Source of the DNA: Octopus bimaculoides
Taxonomy: Eukaryota
Assembly: GCF_001194135.2 (NCBI RefSeq)
Contig: NC_068984.1
Coordinates: forward strand, 89,316,647-89,380,646
Length of the DNA: 64,000 bases
Direction: 5' to 3'
Shown here: one piece after another, positions 1 to 14,329 of the stretch
Layout: each line of letters opens with the position of its first letter
Position numbering within the stretch: the stretch's first letter is position 1
Notes under the pieces: generated by a model
The model's input: the letters and a program-made list of their open reading frames with translations, nothing else
Told to the model about the DNA's origin: nothing
Databases searched by the model: none
Position numbers and translations under genes: made by a program

Positions 1-460
1 CATCAATGTATAGTACTAAGCCAACTTGCTGAGGTAGTTATGAAAGGCTATCAAGACCAAACACCCAGGAAAACTGATGAAAGGGGTCTTGTTTCATCAG
101 GACAATGCTTGAGCACACAAGTCCTTGGCTTCAATGGCTGTTGTGCATGACTGGCTTTGAACTGGTTGATTACCCTCCCTATTCTCCTGATTTGGCCACA
201 TCTCACTATCATCTGTTCCCCAACATGAAAAGACACTTGACTGAGAACCAATATGGCAGTGATGATGACGTCATATCTGCTGCTGATGACTTTTCTGATC
301 AACTTGCTGAAAACTTCTTCCCCATTGGGATCCAAGCACTGCAACACCAATGGAGTAAGTGTGTGCTCTGCCAGGGAGACTATATTGAAAAATAAACCTC
401 ATTTGGTTGCATTCCATGAGGGTATTTTGGTCAGCCTATGAACTTGTCAGCCGATCCTCA
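1..460 (+). mobile_element. Mariner-family transposon, 3' fragment (transposase C-terminus and right end)
   Basis: ORF 105-395 reads DYPPYSPDLATSHYHLFPNMK, matching the mariner YSPDLAPxD region. The element ends ...cctca followed by TA at about 461-462. Confidence 0.8.
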
Positions 461-1135
461 TATGAAAGTGGAAATATATTCCAGTTGAAGTTTTCCATTA
501 TACACTATTAACTGCAGTTGGCACATTGCTGCTAACATTTGGTCTGCTACTTAAGATGTTAAAATGAAATATGAGAAAGAAAATGTAAAATAATTATAAT
601 TACAAGTTATAAATAAAATATTAGTGAAAAGTTAAAATAAGATAAATATATAATAATAGTTTTTAAAAAAATGTGTTCCTTGTTTTGAATCCAAATCCAC
701 ACACTTAATGCTATGTACTTCACTTAATCTATATGTTAGAAAAAGGTACATTTTCTAAGAATGTCACCCACAACAGATACATTCAGATAGTGTTATATTT
801 CTCAACATCTTAATGCTATGAAATCAGAAATAAACTGTTCATTATGAGCCTTTCTGGATTTCTTGATGACATTTATTTATTTACTTAGTTTTCTTATTTT
901 CTTGACCCAGATATGTTTTGGCCTCAAACGTCTGCATATGGTATCATTTAGGAAGACTTCTAACAGTTACATGGAAGTATTTCACAAAATATGAGTTATT
1001 ACATAAGGTTGATATTCTGATCAATTTTACTTAATTTCTTGCATCCAAATGTCCACATCATGTATCTATTGAATCCATTTATATTTTCACTATCTTATTT
1101 GACTTTCTCATTTTGTATTAAGTTAACTTGTTACT

Positions 1136-1153
1136 TGCCTTAACATTTGCTAC
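1136..1153 (+). other. U12-type (minor spliceosome) branch point and AC 3' splice site
   Basis: TGCCTTAAC at 1136-1144, branch A about 10 nt from ...GCTAC|ATGTTGG. There is no in-frame AG acceptor nearby. Confidence 0.8.
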
Positions 1154-1230
1154 ATGTTGGTCATTGTGATTTCCTAGAAAAAGCAGCTGCAGAAGGTGAC
1201 TTTGTGATAGTTGGACTACATTCAGATCAG
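1154..1230 (+). CDS. PCYT2: Ethanolamine-phosphate cytidylyltransferase exon: (H)VGHCDFLEKAAAEGDFVIVGLHSDQ
   Basis: Contains the HxGH motif of the second cytidylyltransferase domain. Donor CAG|gtaag at 1230/1231. The acceptor is AC rather than AG, with a CCTTAAC branch site upstream. Confidence 0.9.
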
Positions 1231-2394
1231 GTAAGAAATGACAAAATATTGGTACTTTATTCATTATGCCATACAGGGTAGTTGATTTCCACATACTTCT
1301 TGGTATCATTTGAATGCCACTCTCTTTCATTAATCCTGATTACATTGTTTAAATAACAAAGTATTTTATGTGTGGCTATAGGTGTATAGTCCTTCCACCC
1401 CAATCCACTCAATATACCCTCTAATAGATGTTGCCAGTCTTGAAGGACCTGTTAAAATTATGGGTACTGTCTCTCTTCCAACTAAATAAACCTTTTCACT
1501 ACAGACACAAGGCCTGGAATTTTGGGGAGTTTGGGGAGGGGCTAGTCAATTACATCGACCCAGTGTTCCACTGGTACTTATTTCATTGACCTCGAAAGGA
1601 TGGAAAGCAAAATCAACCTTGGTGAAATTTGAACTCAGAACTTAAAGACAGACAAGATGCCGCTGAGCATTTTATCTGGCATATTAATGATTCTGCCAGC
1701 TTGTTGCTCTCCTCCAACTAAATAATACTATTTTCCATTTTTATACACTTTTGCCACTCAACATAATGTGTAGCAGTGTACACTGTGTAGAATTAACTGT
1801 AATGTGTTAGAAGTGTACACTATGTAGAAGTTGCTGCAGTGTGTTAAAGTGCACTTATAGCAGTGTTTGTAGCATATTAGACGTATACATTGTACAGTAA
1901 TGACTTTAGTCAGTTGATAGTGTGTCAACATATTTAATGTAGTGAGCATCAAACATTAACCAGAGATAATTTGGCTGCAAGGAAATGACAATTTCTCAAT
2001 GATGAGTATTGTCTTTATATTAAGATGTGTTCCTACTTCATAAAATGTATAATGCTAAGGGAAGTAATGCTAATTGTAAGAAACTGTTGGTTGTTATGGT
2101 AGTGATGATGACAATGGTGTTAATAATGGTGGAGGGAGGAAGATTCAAAGAGAGACAGAGTGTAAGAGAGAATCAAAAGATTCTAAGAAGGCTGTTTGGT
2201 GTCATTTTAGTTATTCTCTCATTCCTTTCTGCATTTGAAGTGTTTTTGAAGTGTGTCTTAGAATATCAAATCATGGCATCTTTAGCTGGAAGTATTATTT
2301 CTCTACAAGAACTAAAAAACTGCTAAGAGTTTTGCATGTAAGTTTCTATGTGTATATTTATGTATATCAATATCTGTGTAAATACACATACATA

Positions 2395-3984
2395 CACTGG
2401 CCAAAATAAGTTTGATGACTGTTCTATTCCTTCATTAAATTATTTTTAACAAAACTATAAGATTATTTTACTTTTTACAGTTTATGTAGAATGTTTTTCT
2501 CTTTCGAATGATATAGGCATTATATATCTTTCTACAATTTGAATAATTTTATAATTCAAATGATTAGAAACTATTAGCAAAATAAGTTTAAGACCATACC
2601 AACATTATTCTGTTTCAATTGAAAATTTACGGCACAAATGATCAACGAACAAAAATTTTGTTATTAGTATCTAGTTCCATAGCCATTATTTTCAATTACG
2701 GCCTTACAACGATGGGACATAGAGTTGGACAAATGAGCACAAAAATCATTTGGAATCTTCTGCCATATTTCTTCGATAAAATTATATAATTGAGATACAT
2801 TTGTTGGTTTTTAGCATGAACTCTTTTAGAGACATAATTCCATATCGTATTCAAATCTGGGCTCTGCAGAAGTCACTCAATAACCACCATATTATTGCGC
2901 TCAAAATATTGCAGAACTTTTCAAGCCTTATGAATGGGGCAATTGTCCTGCTGGAAAATAGATTGTGGTGGTAACTGATTATTTAAATACGGCAGCACAT
3001 TTTCATTTACTAATTGCAGATAGCCTACACTGTTCAATCTGTCATCAACCTTAACAATTGAACAAACACCTAAGCTGTTAAACACGGTCCACACCATTTC
3101 CCACCCACACACACACACACTCCCGCTTGTGCTGTTTTCTTGCCACACTTAGGATGGAATTCTTCTGTTGGACAGTATCTAACACAAGTCTTTCCATCTG
3201 ATCCAAAGATGCAGAAGCGGGATTCATCGTTCCAAAGAACTTTTGATCAGTCTTTGGCTGTCCATTCAATATGGCTTTTAGCAAACTTGATCTGCTTCTG
3301 CTGGTTTGTCTCAGAAATTATTGGCTTCTTTTGAGCGATCTGGCCAAACAATCCAATTTCTTTTAGGTGATTTCTAAAAGTTTGTGGTGTAAAGCTTATA
3401 TCAGTTTCATTAGATAACTGCTTGCAAATGTCCACTGTTGTTAGCATTCGGTTACCTTCAGAAAGCCTATGAATTTACCGATCCATCTGTACTGTTGTTT
3501 TTCTCAGAGCACCCATTCTTTGTTGATCTTTGTATTAACCAGTGGCTTGTTAAAGCTTTCACGCTTGAAAACAAGCCATTTTGCTGCATCCTAATTACTT
3601 GCTAATGTTAATGAAGGGCACATTTTGCTGATGAAACAACACGAGCTCTGATCTAGTAACTGGGCTTATACTATGATGCTTTCCCATAGCAAATTAATGT
3701 GTAACAATGCTCGATTGTTAAACAAAACAGTGCAGTACGACCAGCCACATGACCACCCATTTAGTTTATTAATTTGCATAATCTTGGTATGGTCTTAAAC
3801 TTATTTTGCTGACAATTTCTAATCATTTGAATTAATTGCACATTAAAATTATTTGAAATGTAGATAGAGAAAAAAATTCTACATAAACTGTAAAAAGTAA
3901 AATAATTTTATACAGTCTTGTTAAAAATATATTAATGAAGGAATAGAATTGTCATTATCAGTCTTAAACTTATTTTGGTCAGCG
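2395..3984 (-). mobile_element. Full-length degenerate Tc1-like DNA transposon with about 205-bp IR/DR-type TIRs, inside a PCYT2 intron
   Basis: TA at 2393-94 and 3985-86. TIRs at about 2395-2604 and 3781-3984. Minus-strand fragments WNDES, FQQDNCPIH and SPDLN, broken by stops and frameshifts. Confidence 0.9.
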
Positions 3985-5258
3985 TATGTAATGGCTATAA
4001 GCAGGAGTTAGGGTTTAACTAATGACATAGTTGTATCAAGTATATTTGAAATATCAAGTTAATTGGTGCCTTTAAGCATTTAATTAAGCATATCAGCACA
4101 AGTAATTATTTTTAAGTTTGGTACATATTTGAACAATGTGTATTTGTCAAAGCACTGGTTTTAAGTGACATGAAAGTAAACAGACACTCACACATACATG
4201 CATAAACACACACACACAACGATGGGCTCCCATACTGTTTCTGACTACTGAATTTCACTCAGTGCATTAATCATCTTTAGGCTGCAGTAGAAAACTCTTT
4301 CTTTCCTGGGCACTACACAATTGGACCAAATCTGGAACCACATGGTTACAAAATACACATCTTAACTATACAGCTAAGCTTCAGAACACTGATCCTATAG
4401 ATCTTTGTGATATAAATAGGGGCTATTGTATCTGCTGTTGGTTATTAAGCAGGAAACTCTTACAGTTATGGCCCACTTGTTTTTTTTTGTTTTTTTTACA
4501 TTTACCCATAGCCCACATATATTATCACATGATCTTATAACATGACTGACCAGGCTATCATGTCGTCACACATCATTGGTTACAATGTGCTTTTTGCATT
4601 GTTTTAGCCTTCAACAGACACCACCCCACTGGCTAGGCAAGCAGGCCAACATTACCCTCTGATTGAATGGGGGACTGGAGCAATGTGAAATGAAGTGTTT
4701 TGCTGAAGAACACAATGCGATCGTGAGTGCAACAGCCTAACCACTAGACCACGCACCTTCACACATATCTTATATCCTATACCACACATATTTTATGTTC
4801 TATCTTATATATAAAAGATATCTCTAAGTCAGAGTATCTTCTAGTCTCTAACTGTTGCTTACATAAGCTTTGTCAGTGATAAAGAAATCATGATATAAAA
4901 AACTATCTAAACACAATCAACTACTCAATGGCCCACAAATACATTAATCTTGAAAAAACTTTATGCAAAAGTTGAGACCTACAGAGAACACCCTAATGGC
5001 TTTGTTGTGAGAGCAACCCATTTTTTGTTTCCCTACGCTGAGAAGAAACTAGAAATCAAACTTGGATGCCATCCATTATGTAGAACTCAAGATGGATGCC
5101 AGTGTGTCAGAATGGTATCTTGGGATGGGTAAGAAGTTATGAGGCTGAAAGTGTAAAGAGCAAAAACTTTATATTTTACATTCCTGAAGTTCCACTGATA
5201 TGAATTTTGTAGTGTGGTGAAATAAGTCTGCATCAGTGTCAGTACATATTGTAAAGCT

Positions 5259-5291
<33 letters not shown>

Positions 5292-5736
5292 GCATCTATA
5301 GAAATCCACACCTTACAAGATAGCAATTTGGGAGTCGCACCAATGGATTCCTCATGGTCGAAAATGCCTGGAATCGACCATTTATTTATTTTTTTCTTCC
5401 TTCCTAACAGGTGAATTTTTGCATTAAAAATAATTTTAAACCATAACTTCTAATAATTTTCAAGTCGGAGAAATACACCATTTGCAAACATGAGTTAAGT
5501 CCCCTTCTAGCAACGATGTAACGAGAAAAAGAGAGAGAGAGAAAGACAACAGATTTTTAAAATTTCATCTTTTTAGTGAGTGATACACAATATAAATGAT
5601 ATTCTCCGTTTCTCCACAACTAATTTCCAAATTTGCTGAATCCGTTGCTCTACTCATAGCAAGTAGACACGCTCCTTCGCAAACGATCAGCTATTATTTT
5701 GTAAACAATGTTACGAAACTGTTCATGTTTTCGAAA

Positions 5737-6128
5737 GGATGGCTGCGTGTTACGAAGTTTGTTTCCCAACCACATGGTTCTGAGTTCAGACCCACTGCAT
5801 GGCACCTTGGGAACAAGTGTCTTCTATAACTTCGGGCCAACCAAGGCCTTGTGAATGAATTTGGTAGACGGAAGCTGAAAGAAACCCATCAATTGTGCGT
5901 GTGTGTGTGTGTGTCTTTGTGTCTGTGTTTGTCCTCCACCACCGCTTAACAACCAGTGTTGGTATATGTATGTCCCTGTAACTTAGCAGTTTGGCAAAGA
6001 GACTAATAGAATAAATACCAGGCTTAAAGAAAAATAAATAAATAGGTACTAGAGACAGTTCATTCAACTAAAAATTCAAGTTGGTGCCCCAACCTGGCTG
6101 CAGACTGAAACAAATAAAAAAAGATGAA
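5737..6128 (+). mobile_element. SINE family A copy (PCYT2 intron)
   Basis: Homologous to 36506-36890 and 28427-28838. Confidence 0.8.
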
Positions 6129-6165
6129 AGGGATTTCTAATGGAAATAAAAGACCAGTGATATAA

Positions 6166-6372
<207 letters not shown>

Positions 6373-8113
6373 TGAAGACATTTGCATCAAGAAGTGATGA
6401 TCTCTAATTGTGGAGGGAACATATGGAAAGGGTAGATTTAGGAAGATGTGAGATGAAGTGGTGAAAAAGGATCTTCAGATGTCGGGCCTCACAGAGGAGA
6501 TGACAAGGGACCGAAACTCCTGGTGGTTTGCTCTACTTGAGAAGACACATCAAACTAAGTAAGATCGTGGTTGACCTTGCATACAAGTATTTTGCCTGCT
6601 AAACATAATGCACTTAAATCTTGTTGAATTTTTGTATAGGTTATCGTTAATTCATACATTGCAATCATAGAATATTATTAGTTGTTATTGTAATTTTACA
6701 ATTTAAACTCTAACATAAGCACTGGTTGTCTTGTGTGTATATATATCATATTTGAAAAAAGAAAAGGAATGACTTCATTGGTAGTTCTAATCAGTTTTAA
6801 TTTATTATTTTTTAATAATATAAATTTTATCAAACTAAAGGATTTATATTATTAAAAAATAATAAATTAGACTGATTAGAACTACCAGTGAAGTCATTCT
6901 TTTTCTCTATTCAAATATACCCTAACTACAAAGGATCTCACACACTTTCCTATATATATANNNNNNNNNNNNNNNNNNNNNNNNNNNNNNNNNNNNNNNN
7001 NNNNNNNNNNNNNNNNNNNNNNNNNNNNNNNNNNNNNNNNNNNNNNNNNNNNNNNNNNNNNNNNNNNNNNNNNNNNNNNNNNNNNNNNNNNNNNNNNNNN
7101 NNNNNNNNNNATATATTTATATATATATATATATATATCATCATCATCATCATCATCATCATCATTGTTTAATTCCGCTTTCCATGCTAGCATGGGTTGG
7201 ACGATTTGACTGAGGACTGGTGAACCAGATGGCTACACCAGGCTCCAATCTGATTTTGCAGAGTTTCTACAGCTGGATGCCCTTCCTAATGCCAACCACT
7301 CTGAGAGTGTAGTGGGTACTTTTACATGCCACCAACACGAAGGCCAGTCAAGCAGTACTGGCAAGGGTCACGCTCGAAATGGTGTATTTTACGTGCCACC
7401 TGCACAGGGGCCAGTCCAGTGGTACTGGCAATGAACTCACTCGAATGTCTTTTCACGTGCCAGAAAGGCAACGTTGGTAACGGTCATATAGTACTTCCTT
7501 TATAAACTGAGATTGTTAATATTACAATACTCAGAAACAGGCTAGAATTGAAGTGCTCAAAATGAGCTAAGATTCAAATTATAGTTTGAATGGAGACAAT
7601 ACAGGTGGAAAACCATAGGAACAATACCCCATCTCCAACAAAAGATTTAATATACGTGTTGTGCATGTTCCTTTTTCTTCGTTATAGTGTATATTATATC
7701 TATTTTCTGTATTGTACATGTTCTTATAATATAATACATGTAAATTTTGTAATATCATATCGTATATATTTATTCACTATATGTTATATCATACTGAAGG
7801 TTTATGTTTCGTATTACATCGTCTTATATTGGATAATATTTTTGTATGGCTCAGAAATTAGGAATACTTATAAATATTTTTAAACATTCTTTATATTTTT
7901 GAAGTTTACGTGTTTATATGCTGGTATACTTTTATTTTATTTTATTTTATTTCATTTTTGGTATTTTTGCTACTGAGAATTGTGTATAATTATTGATTCA
8001 AGGAGGATATGCACACACATGTATATTAAATCTTTTGTTGGAGATGGGGTATTGTTCCTATGGTTTTTTCACCTGTATTGTCTCCATTCAAACTATAATT
8101 TTAATATATATAG

Positions 8114-8153
<40 letters not shown>

Positions 8154-8305
8154 TGTCTGCAATAACAACAGTTCCCTTACTTATTGAATTAGGAGAAAAT
8201 ACTATTTATAATATTATGCTTAAATTATTACAATACTGATTATATTTTTTATGAAACATCTTTATACTTGATCTTTATCTGATTAACTTTTATTGTAATT
8301 TGTAG

Positions 8306-8371
8306 TATGTATCTGAAGTTGTCATTGGAGCACCATATGAAGTAACATCAGAACTTATGGATCATTTCAAG
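8306..8371 (+). CDS. PCYT2: PCYT2 exon: YVSEVVIGAPYEVTSELMDHFK
   Basis: tgtag| and |gtaatt boundaries, 66 nt, in frame. Contains the YVSEVVIGAPY motif. Confidence 0.95.
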
Positions 8372-10379
8372 GTAATTTGAATATAAACTACCTTTCTTTT
8401 CTTTCTTTATTTGCTATTACTCAATGAAATAGAGAGAGTTTTGTTTGCTAGGTGAAATCAATAATTATTACTCAGAATTCATAATCTAGAAGGGAATTCT
8501 TTTGTGACATAGTTTTTAGTTCTATAACATAAAGAATTTCGTTTGAAGCATAACATCTTTCTTTTTTACTATTATTTTTAATAATAATTAAGTTCTTCTG
8601 CTATAATTTTTAAAATCACTCTGATAAGAAATAGTTTTATTCATGAGCTCTTAGGTAATGAAATATTAATTTCAAATTTTGGCTCAAGGCCTGCAATTTC
8701 AGGGCAGGGGTTAAGTTGATTACATCAACCCCAGTGCTCCACTGATACTTAATCTATCAACCCTGAATGGATGAAAAGCAAAGTCAGCCTTGCCAGAATT
8801 TGAACTCAGAATGTAAAGATGGACAAAATGACACTAAGTATTTTGTCCAGCATGCTAACGATTCTGTCCACTTGCCACCTTAATAGGGAAAGAAATATTA
8901 CCATACCAAAGACAAACAGCAACTTCTTCTTCTTGTGTTTACTGATGAATATAAATATAGTCTTTAATTCTTAAAATAATGGTAAATTCTATAATTCTAT
9001 AACATGATTCAAGCTCAAATTACATATTAATACTTTTTATCATCTTTTCTCAATTATTTGTATTATTTTTATGCTATTTTCATAAAGTGTAACTTCTGAA
9101 AGTGATAAAGTAGGTGAGGAAGTTGAAATTAATTCTATTATAGATGCTCTTTTTCATGGAAATCAGATTGTTCCACATGAAAAACTTTTAATTTATAAAA
9201 ATGAAATAAAAACGAAATTTTATTTAATCCCAACATTTCCAATATCTTAGCAAGTATTTCTGAAAGTTCTACAGTTTTCTCTGACATTTACATCCTTAAC
9301 TGCCTTATTACTTGTCCCCATTTAAAACTGTTATTCTGTAGTAACTTTAAATTATCTTTGTCTCATTTATGCTCTACATATTGTAGTGATATTTATGTGC
9401 CTTCTTTTAAAAGTTAGAAATGAATGTAAGTGCACATTCACATCATTATTATCACTACTGGTAACCTTGATCACTGCCACAACCCTTGCCATTACTACCA
9501 TCTTTGGAAGCAACAGTCTGCAGTATGATTTATTGTCAATCACTAGCATCTTTTGTCATCTTGTCTGTAAGACTGAACATCATTAAAAACTACTGCACTT
9601 TTACCTTGCTGCTTCCTTTCTTTGTCCTCCTTTTTTTTCTTATCTGCAATTCTACTGCAACATAGATTCACGTACATTCCAGTCACTTGTTTGCTTATTT
9701 GTTGTATGTTATTTCCTAGGAACATAAAGTTACTGGTGTGTACTTTTAGAAAAGCAAGGAGAAATAAAATGTTCAGTTTTATAACTGAGATGATAAACTG
9801 TATTTTAAAGGATCTGGATAAATTCCATGTTCCTCATTATCATTTAATAAATAATAAAATATGCATATAATTAAATATATGTGATTGTATGCAATTTTTA
9901 TATTTAATTTTATCTCAAGATTCAGCCAAATCTGTTTAGTATTTTGATATAAAATAAAGATAGTGAAAGTATCAAAGCTGCTTCTTGCTTTGAAATACAT
10001 GTCAAAAAAAAAAAAAAGAGAGAGAGAGAGAGAGAGAAAGAGAGACTACCAGTTATGTTAGTAGACTCTCAGCACCATACAAGAATTTTATCTCTATATT
10101 CATATAATCATGTGATAAGGCTGCAAAGTAGGTAATTCACATAAGGACATTTGTTTGCTTTTTCCTTTGTATTTTAAATGCTTCTAACTTAATTTCCTTA
10201 ATTTAAAGAATCACCTTACTTTCCTGGTGGTAACTCTCTTAGAATTTTAATTTGATAATCCTATTAGTATTTTTGATATACTGTGTTTTTGCATATTTTG
10301 TATATTGGGTTTACCCAATTTCAGGTCACTACAGTTAACCAACCATATAATTATTCATTTTTATGTTTCATTTATGTAG

Positions 10380-10478
<99 letters not shown>

Positions 10479-12509
10479 TAATCTGTGTTTCATGTAACTT
10501 AAAAGTGAGAACTTTCAAGTACATTTTTTTGTTTATATTAATACTATTTTATATTTATTTTCCATACTTTTATGGGTTGGAATTATTTCTTAAATCTAGA
10601 CTTTTGTATATTGTTGGTGCAATTTTTGCCGTTGTTGTTTTTTAGCCCCCAGTTCAGTCTTGATCTCTACAAACCTATTACAAAAGAAATTCCAGCTGTA
10701 CCATTCCTGTCTAATATGTCCTTTCATTTTTAAGAGGGCTGATGACATTTAAGTGAATTTGGATGCCATTTCTAGCAGAGTGACTGACTGAAATGAGACA
10801 CATTCAGTCCCAATTTTTTTTTTGCATGTGGAAACCCTTTCTTCAAATAGCTACTAAAGTTTGAAGTATGCATAATTGGCACATAATTGTACTTGTTGGA
10901 TTAACAGAGAATCAAGATAACAGCTATAAAAGTTCCTAAATTTGAACTCATGACCTGTGATGTGGTTAGTAGCTCAGCACATTAACTTGACATAAAGATA
11001 GGTTATATAATATTAGAACACAGTTCTACATCATTTGTCAGTTGTTAAATAGCCAAAACTGTTATACCAAATCTTTGATTGTACCAGTGAAGGTCACATA
11101 CATCTGTATAGTACTTAATACTGTGAATATTGTGTGATGCTGTGTAGTTGTAACTATAGTTAGCTCAACATAATAGGTTATAATCTGAAGTCCTATTTAC
11201 TTTTGGTTGAGTGATGATGTCTAATAGTGTAGTTCCTTTTTCTTTCATCAAATTTGCTGCTATGCATTTTGTGATATGTCATATTTAATATTGATGATAT
11301 GGTATTAAGTTTTTCTGAATGGTAGAAGTCACAGTACATTGAGCATTCCTAAATATTAGTGTTTTATCTTGTGGTCTTTTCTTTATCTCTTGGTCTCCAA
11401 ATATATTAGTACTGTTGCATTCTCTGAGTGTTTTTAATAAAATGAACTGTTGTACAGATACAGGTGACTGTTGAAAGAGTGTTCTGTAAGGCATGAATAG
11501 CTTGTTGATATATTATTAGTGGAGATAGTACATGTTTTTTTTCTTGTCATTTGGGAATCAGAACTCTATATTTTGACACTATTTATTCTTGATTTTATTG
11601 TAATATATTTCCATTGTTATTCTTAATAAGACTTAACATCTTCTTCATGCAACTCTAGCAAATCTTTATGCTGTTCATGAACAGATGGTGGAATTTGGGA
11701 AATAGTTTATGATCAAGGACTGAAAAGGTTTTGTAACATAACTCTACAATGTTTTCATTGGAGGATATTGCACTTGTTAGTGTTGCTTTCAGTTCATGTT
11801 TCATGACTGAGAAATTATATTGTATGTAGATGTAGGATGGTATGTTATTTAATTTCTGAAATGGCTTCTATAATTTTGAATTTATGTTAAGTGTAACTCT
11901 AAGGAAGTTCACTACACTTCAGGCTGATTTGTTAGGTGTTATGAACAGTCTAAACTGTTCAACATCATAAGCTTGACATCCTTCATCCTTGAATGAGCAT
12001 CCTTACCTATCACCAACCACTTTACTAAATGTACTGGGTGCTTTTTATTGAGACACCAGTACTAGGAAGATTGTCATGTTCTTGACAAGGCAAGACTGTA
12101 AAGGGTCCTCACTGTTCTATGTTGTCTTCATAGACAACATCTCCAATAGAGTGGGTAGGAGAGGGGTGATTGCAGTGAGAGAGGTAGGGAAAGAAGTGAG
12201 CATATAATGGAGACATCACAATGAAAATGAAACATTAATGACAGTCACATAGTTACTAGTAAGAGAGAGAGAAAGTATGAGTGATAGATGTGTGATATTT
12301 AATTTTGATTTATTTATTTTATACTCGAATTGAGGTTATACAAGAATTTCCAAAGAATACTTGTTTCAGTTTTAAAAAATTTAGTATTTCTTTTACAAAT
12401 TTTGGACAGTCTAAAAGCAATACTATCATCAGAACACTTCTGTTAAATTTTAAAAATTAGTTGCAAGTAGCAATATTTTTCTGATTGCTGTATTCCTGTT
12501 TTGTTCCAG

Positions 12510-12598
12510 GTACCCAAAGAAAGGAAAAAATTCAAAATGCTTGACAGTGGAAATGATTTGACTACACAGAAAATTGTTGAACGTATTATAAGAAACAG
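12510..12598 (+). CDS. PCYT2: PCYT2 exon: VPKERKKFKMLDSGNDLTTQKIVERIIRN(R)
   Basis: ttccag| and AG|gtaatg boundaries, 89 nt ending in phase 2. Contains DSGxxLTTxxIVxRII. Confidence 0.95.
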
Positions 12599-14329
12599 GT
12601 AATGAAAAATAAATAAAATTTTATAAAACGTTATTCTTCCATCTTAATATACCAGGGTAAGTGAGATGTGTGTAGAAAATTAGGATATTTAAGTATTGTT
12701 TAGGCAAAAGCCTTTTACAGCTAAGTGCCTTTCTTGTTGATAATCACTCAACAATGACATGGAAATAGTTAAATGAAGGCAATCAGAGTTATCTGCCTTG
12801 CTTACGAAAAAAAGTTAAAAACGTTCCTATTCACGCTGCCTGCTATTTTTTTACTTTTTTGTTATGAGTTTTATGTAAAGTTACTTCATAAGGAAGTAGC
12901 ACGAGCTGTGTTCTTACACCCTAATCTTAAATCAGCCACACCATCTCATGTTTCCTTATCTTATCGAACAATTATTTTAAACATAAACAGAATAAGTTTA
13001 GTTTAGACATCATTTAGTCTTTGGATACCTCTCATGTATTCCACTTTGTAACATGCATTCAAGTCAGATCTCTGATCTGAGGATAATTTTTTCTCTTTCT
13101 CTGATTAGTCTTTTAAGCTCTGACATGGCCATGAATGCTTCCTCTCCTCTTGTCACTGAATAGTAAATAAATATTCATCACCATCTTCATTTAACATCTG
13201 TTTTCCATGCTGGCATGGGTTGGTTGGTTTGACAGGAGCTGGCAGCTAAAGAACTGCCCAGATACCATGTCCATTTTAGCGTGGTTTCTACAGCTGGATG
13301 CCCCTCCTAACACTGTCCACTTTACAGAATGTACTGGGTGCTTTTACACAGCATCAACATGGGTGTGTTTACATGGCACCAGCACCCCATAAGCCCACAA
13401 GGTTAGGAATGCTCAGTTGAAGAGGGGTGCAGTGGGTAGCCTGTATGCAAGGACAACTACACTTTTACTTTGCTTGACATGTCTTTTCAAGCACAGCAAA
13501 CCACCAAGAGTCTCAGTCCCCTGTCATCTCCTCTGTGAGTCCCAATGCCTGTCGATCCTTTCTTACCACTTTATCCCATATCTTCATGGGTCAACTCCTT
13601 CCATGTTCCCTCTACAATTAGGTTGGCACCTTCTGATGCAGCTGTCTTCATTGATATACATTACATGGCCATACCAATTCAGTCTTCTCTCTCTTGCACA
13701 CTATATCTGATGCCTCATATACCCAGCTTTTCTCTCAAGTCACTTACACTCTGTCATATACGTATACTGACATTACCCATCCATTGGAACATACTGGCTT
13801 CATTTCTTTCAAGCTTTCACAAAAACATTGTTCAACCAGCCTGATAACATCTAGAATATTTTGTATATGACTTACTCATACACATAGAAATGTACCACAC
13901 ACACATAAACAAACATGAAAAATGATTGAGTAAATATATCTATCATTTATTGTAAATAATATATTTGTAATTTGAATTTATTTGTTTATGATGTATTACA
14001 ACTGGAGTAACTCATAATGTTTTAAATGTGACCCCCAGTTTAATCTTACTAATAACTAAAGTGAAAATGAGCTGTCATGGTGTAAATAGCTGTTGAGAAA
14101 GTGGATGCTGGGTCTACCATATGAAGTTAAGTGTGTAGATAGCAGCATGTAATCTGTTATGTGAATGTTGCTTAAAATAGTTCTGTGCATCCCAATGACT
14201 GGCATATTAGTATCTTTATATCTATTAAAGCAGTATTATCATCAAGCATAAATGAGTTGCTTTAGAATGAAGCAACTACAAAGATATGAAACTGATAGAC
14301 CAAGTTATGATGATAATGGAAAAAGTTTT

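Noticed and set aside
1118-1330. Minus-strand 70-aa ORF, and the AG at 1121-1122 as PCYT2 acceptor
   Set aside because: The ORF is simply antisense to the PCYT2 exon. The AG would add 31 nt and break the HxGH frame.
6888-7193. ORFs spanning N gaps (also 17067-17658 and 57856-58161)
   Set aside because: Artefacts of translating n runs and microsatellites.
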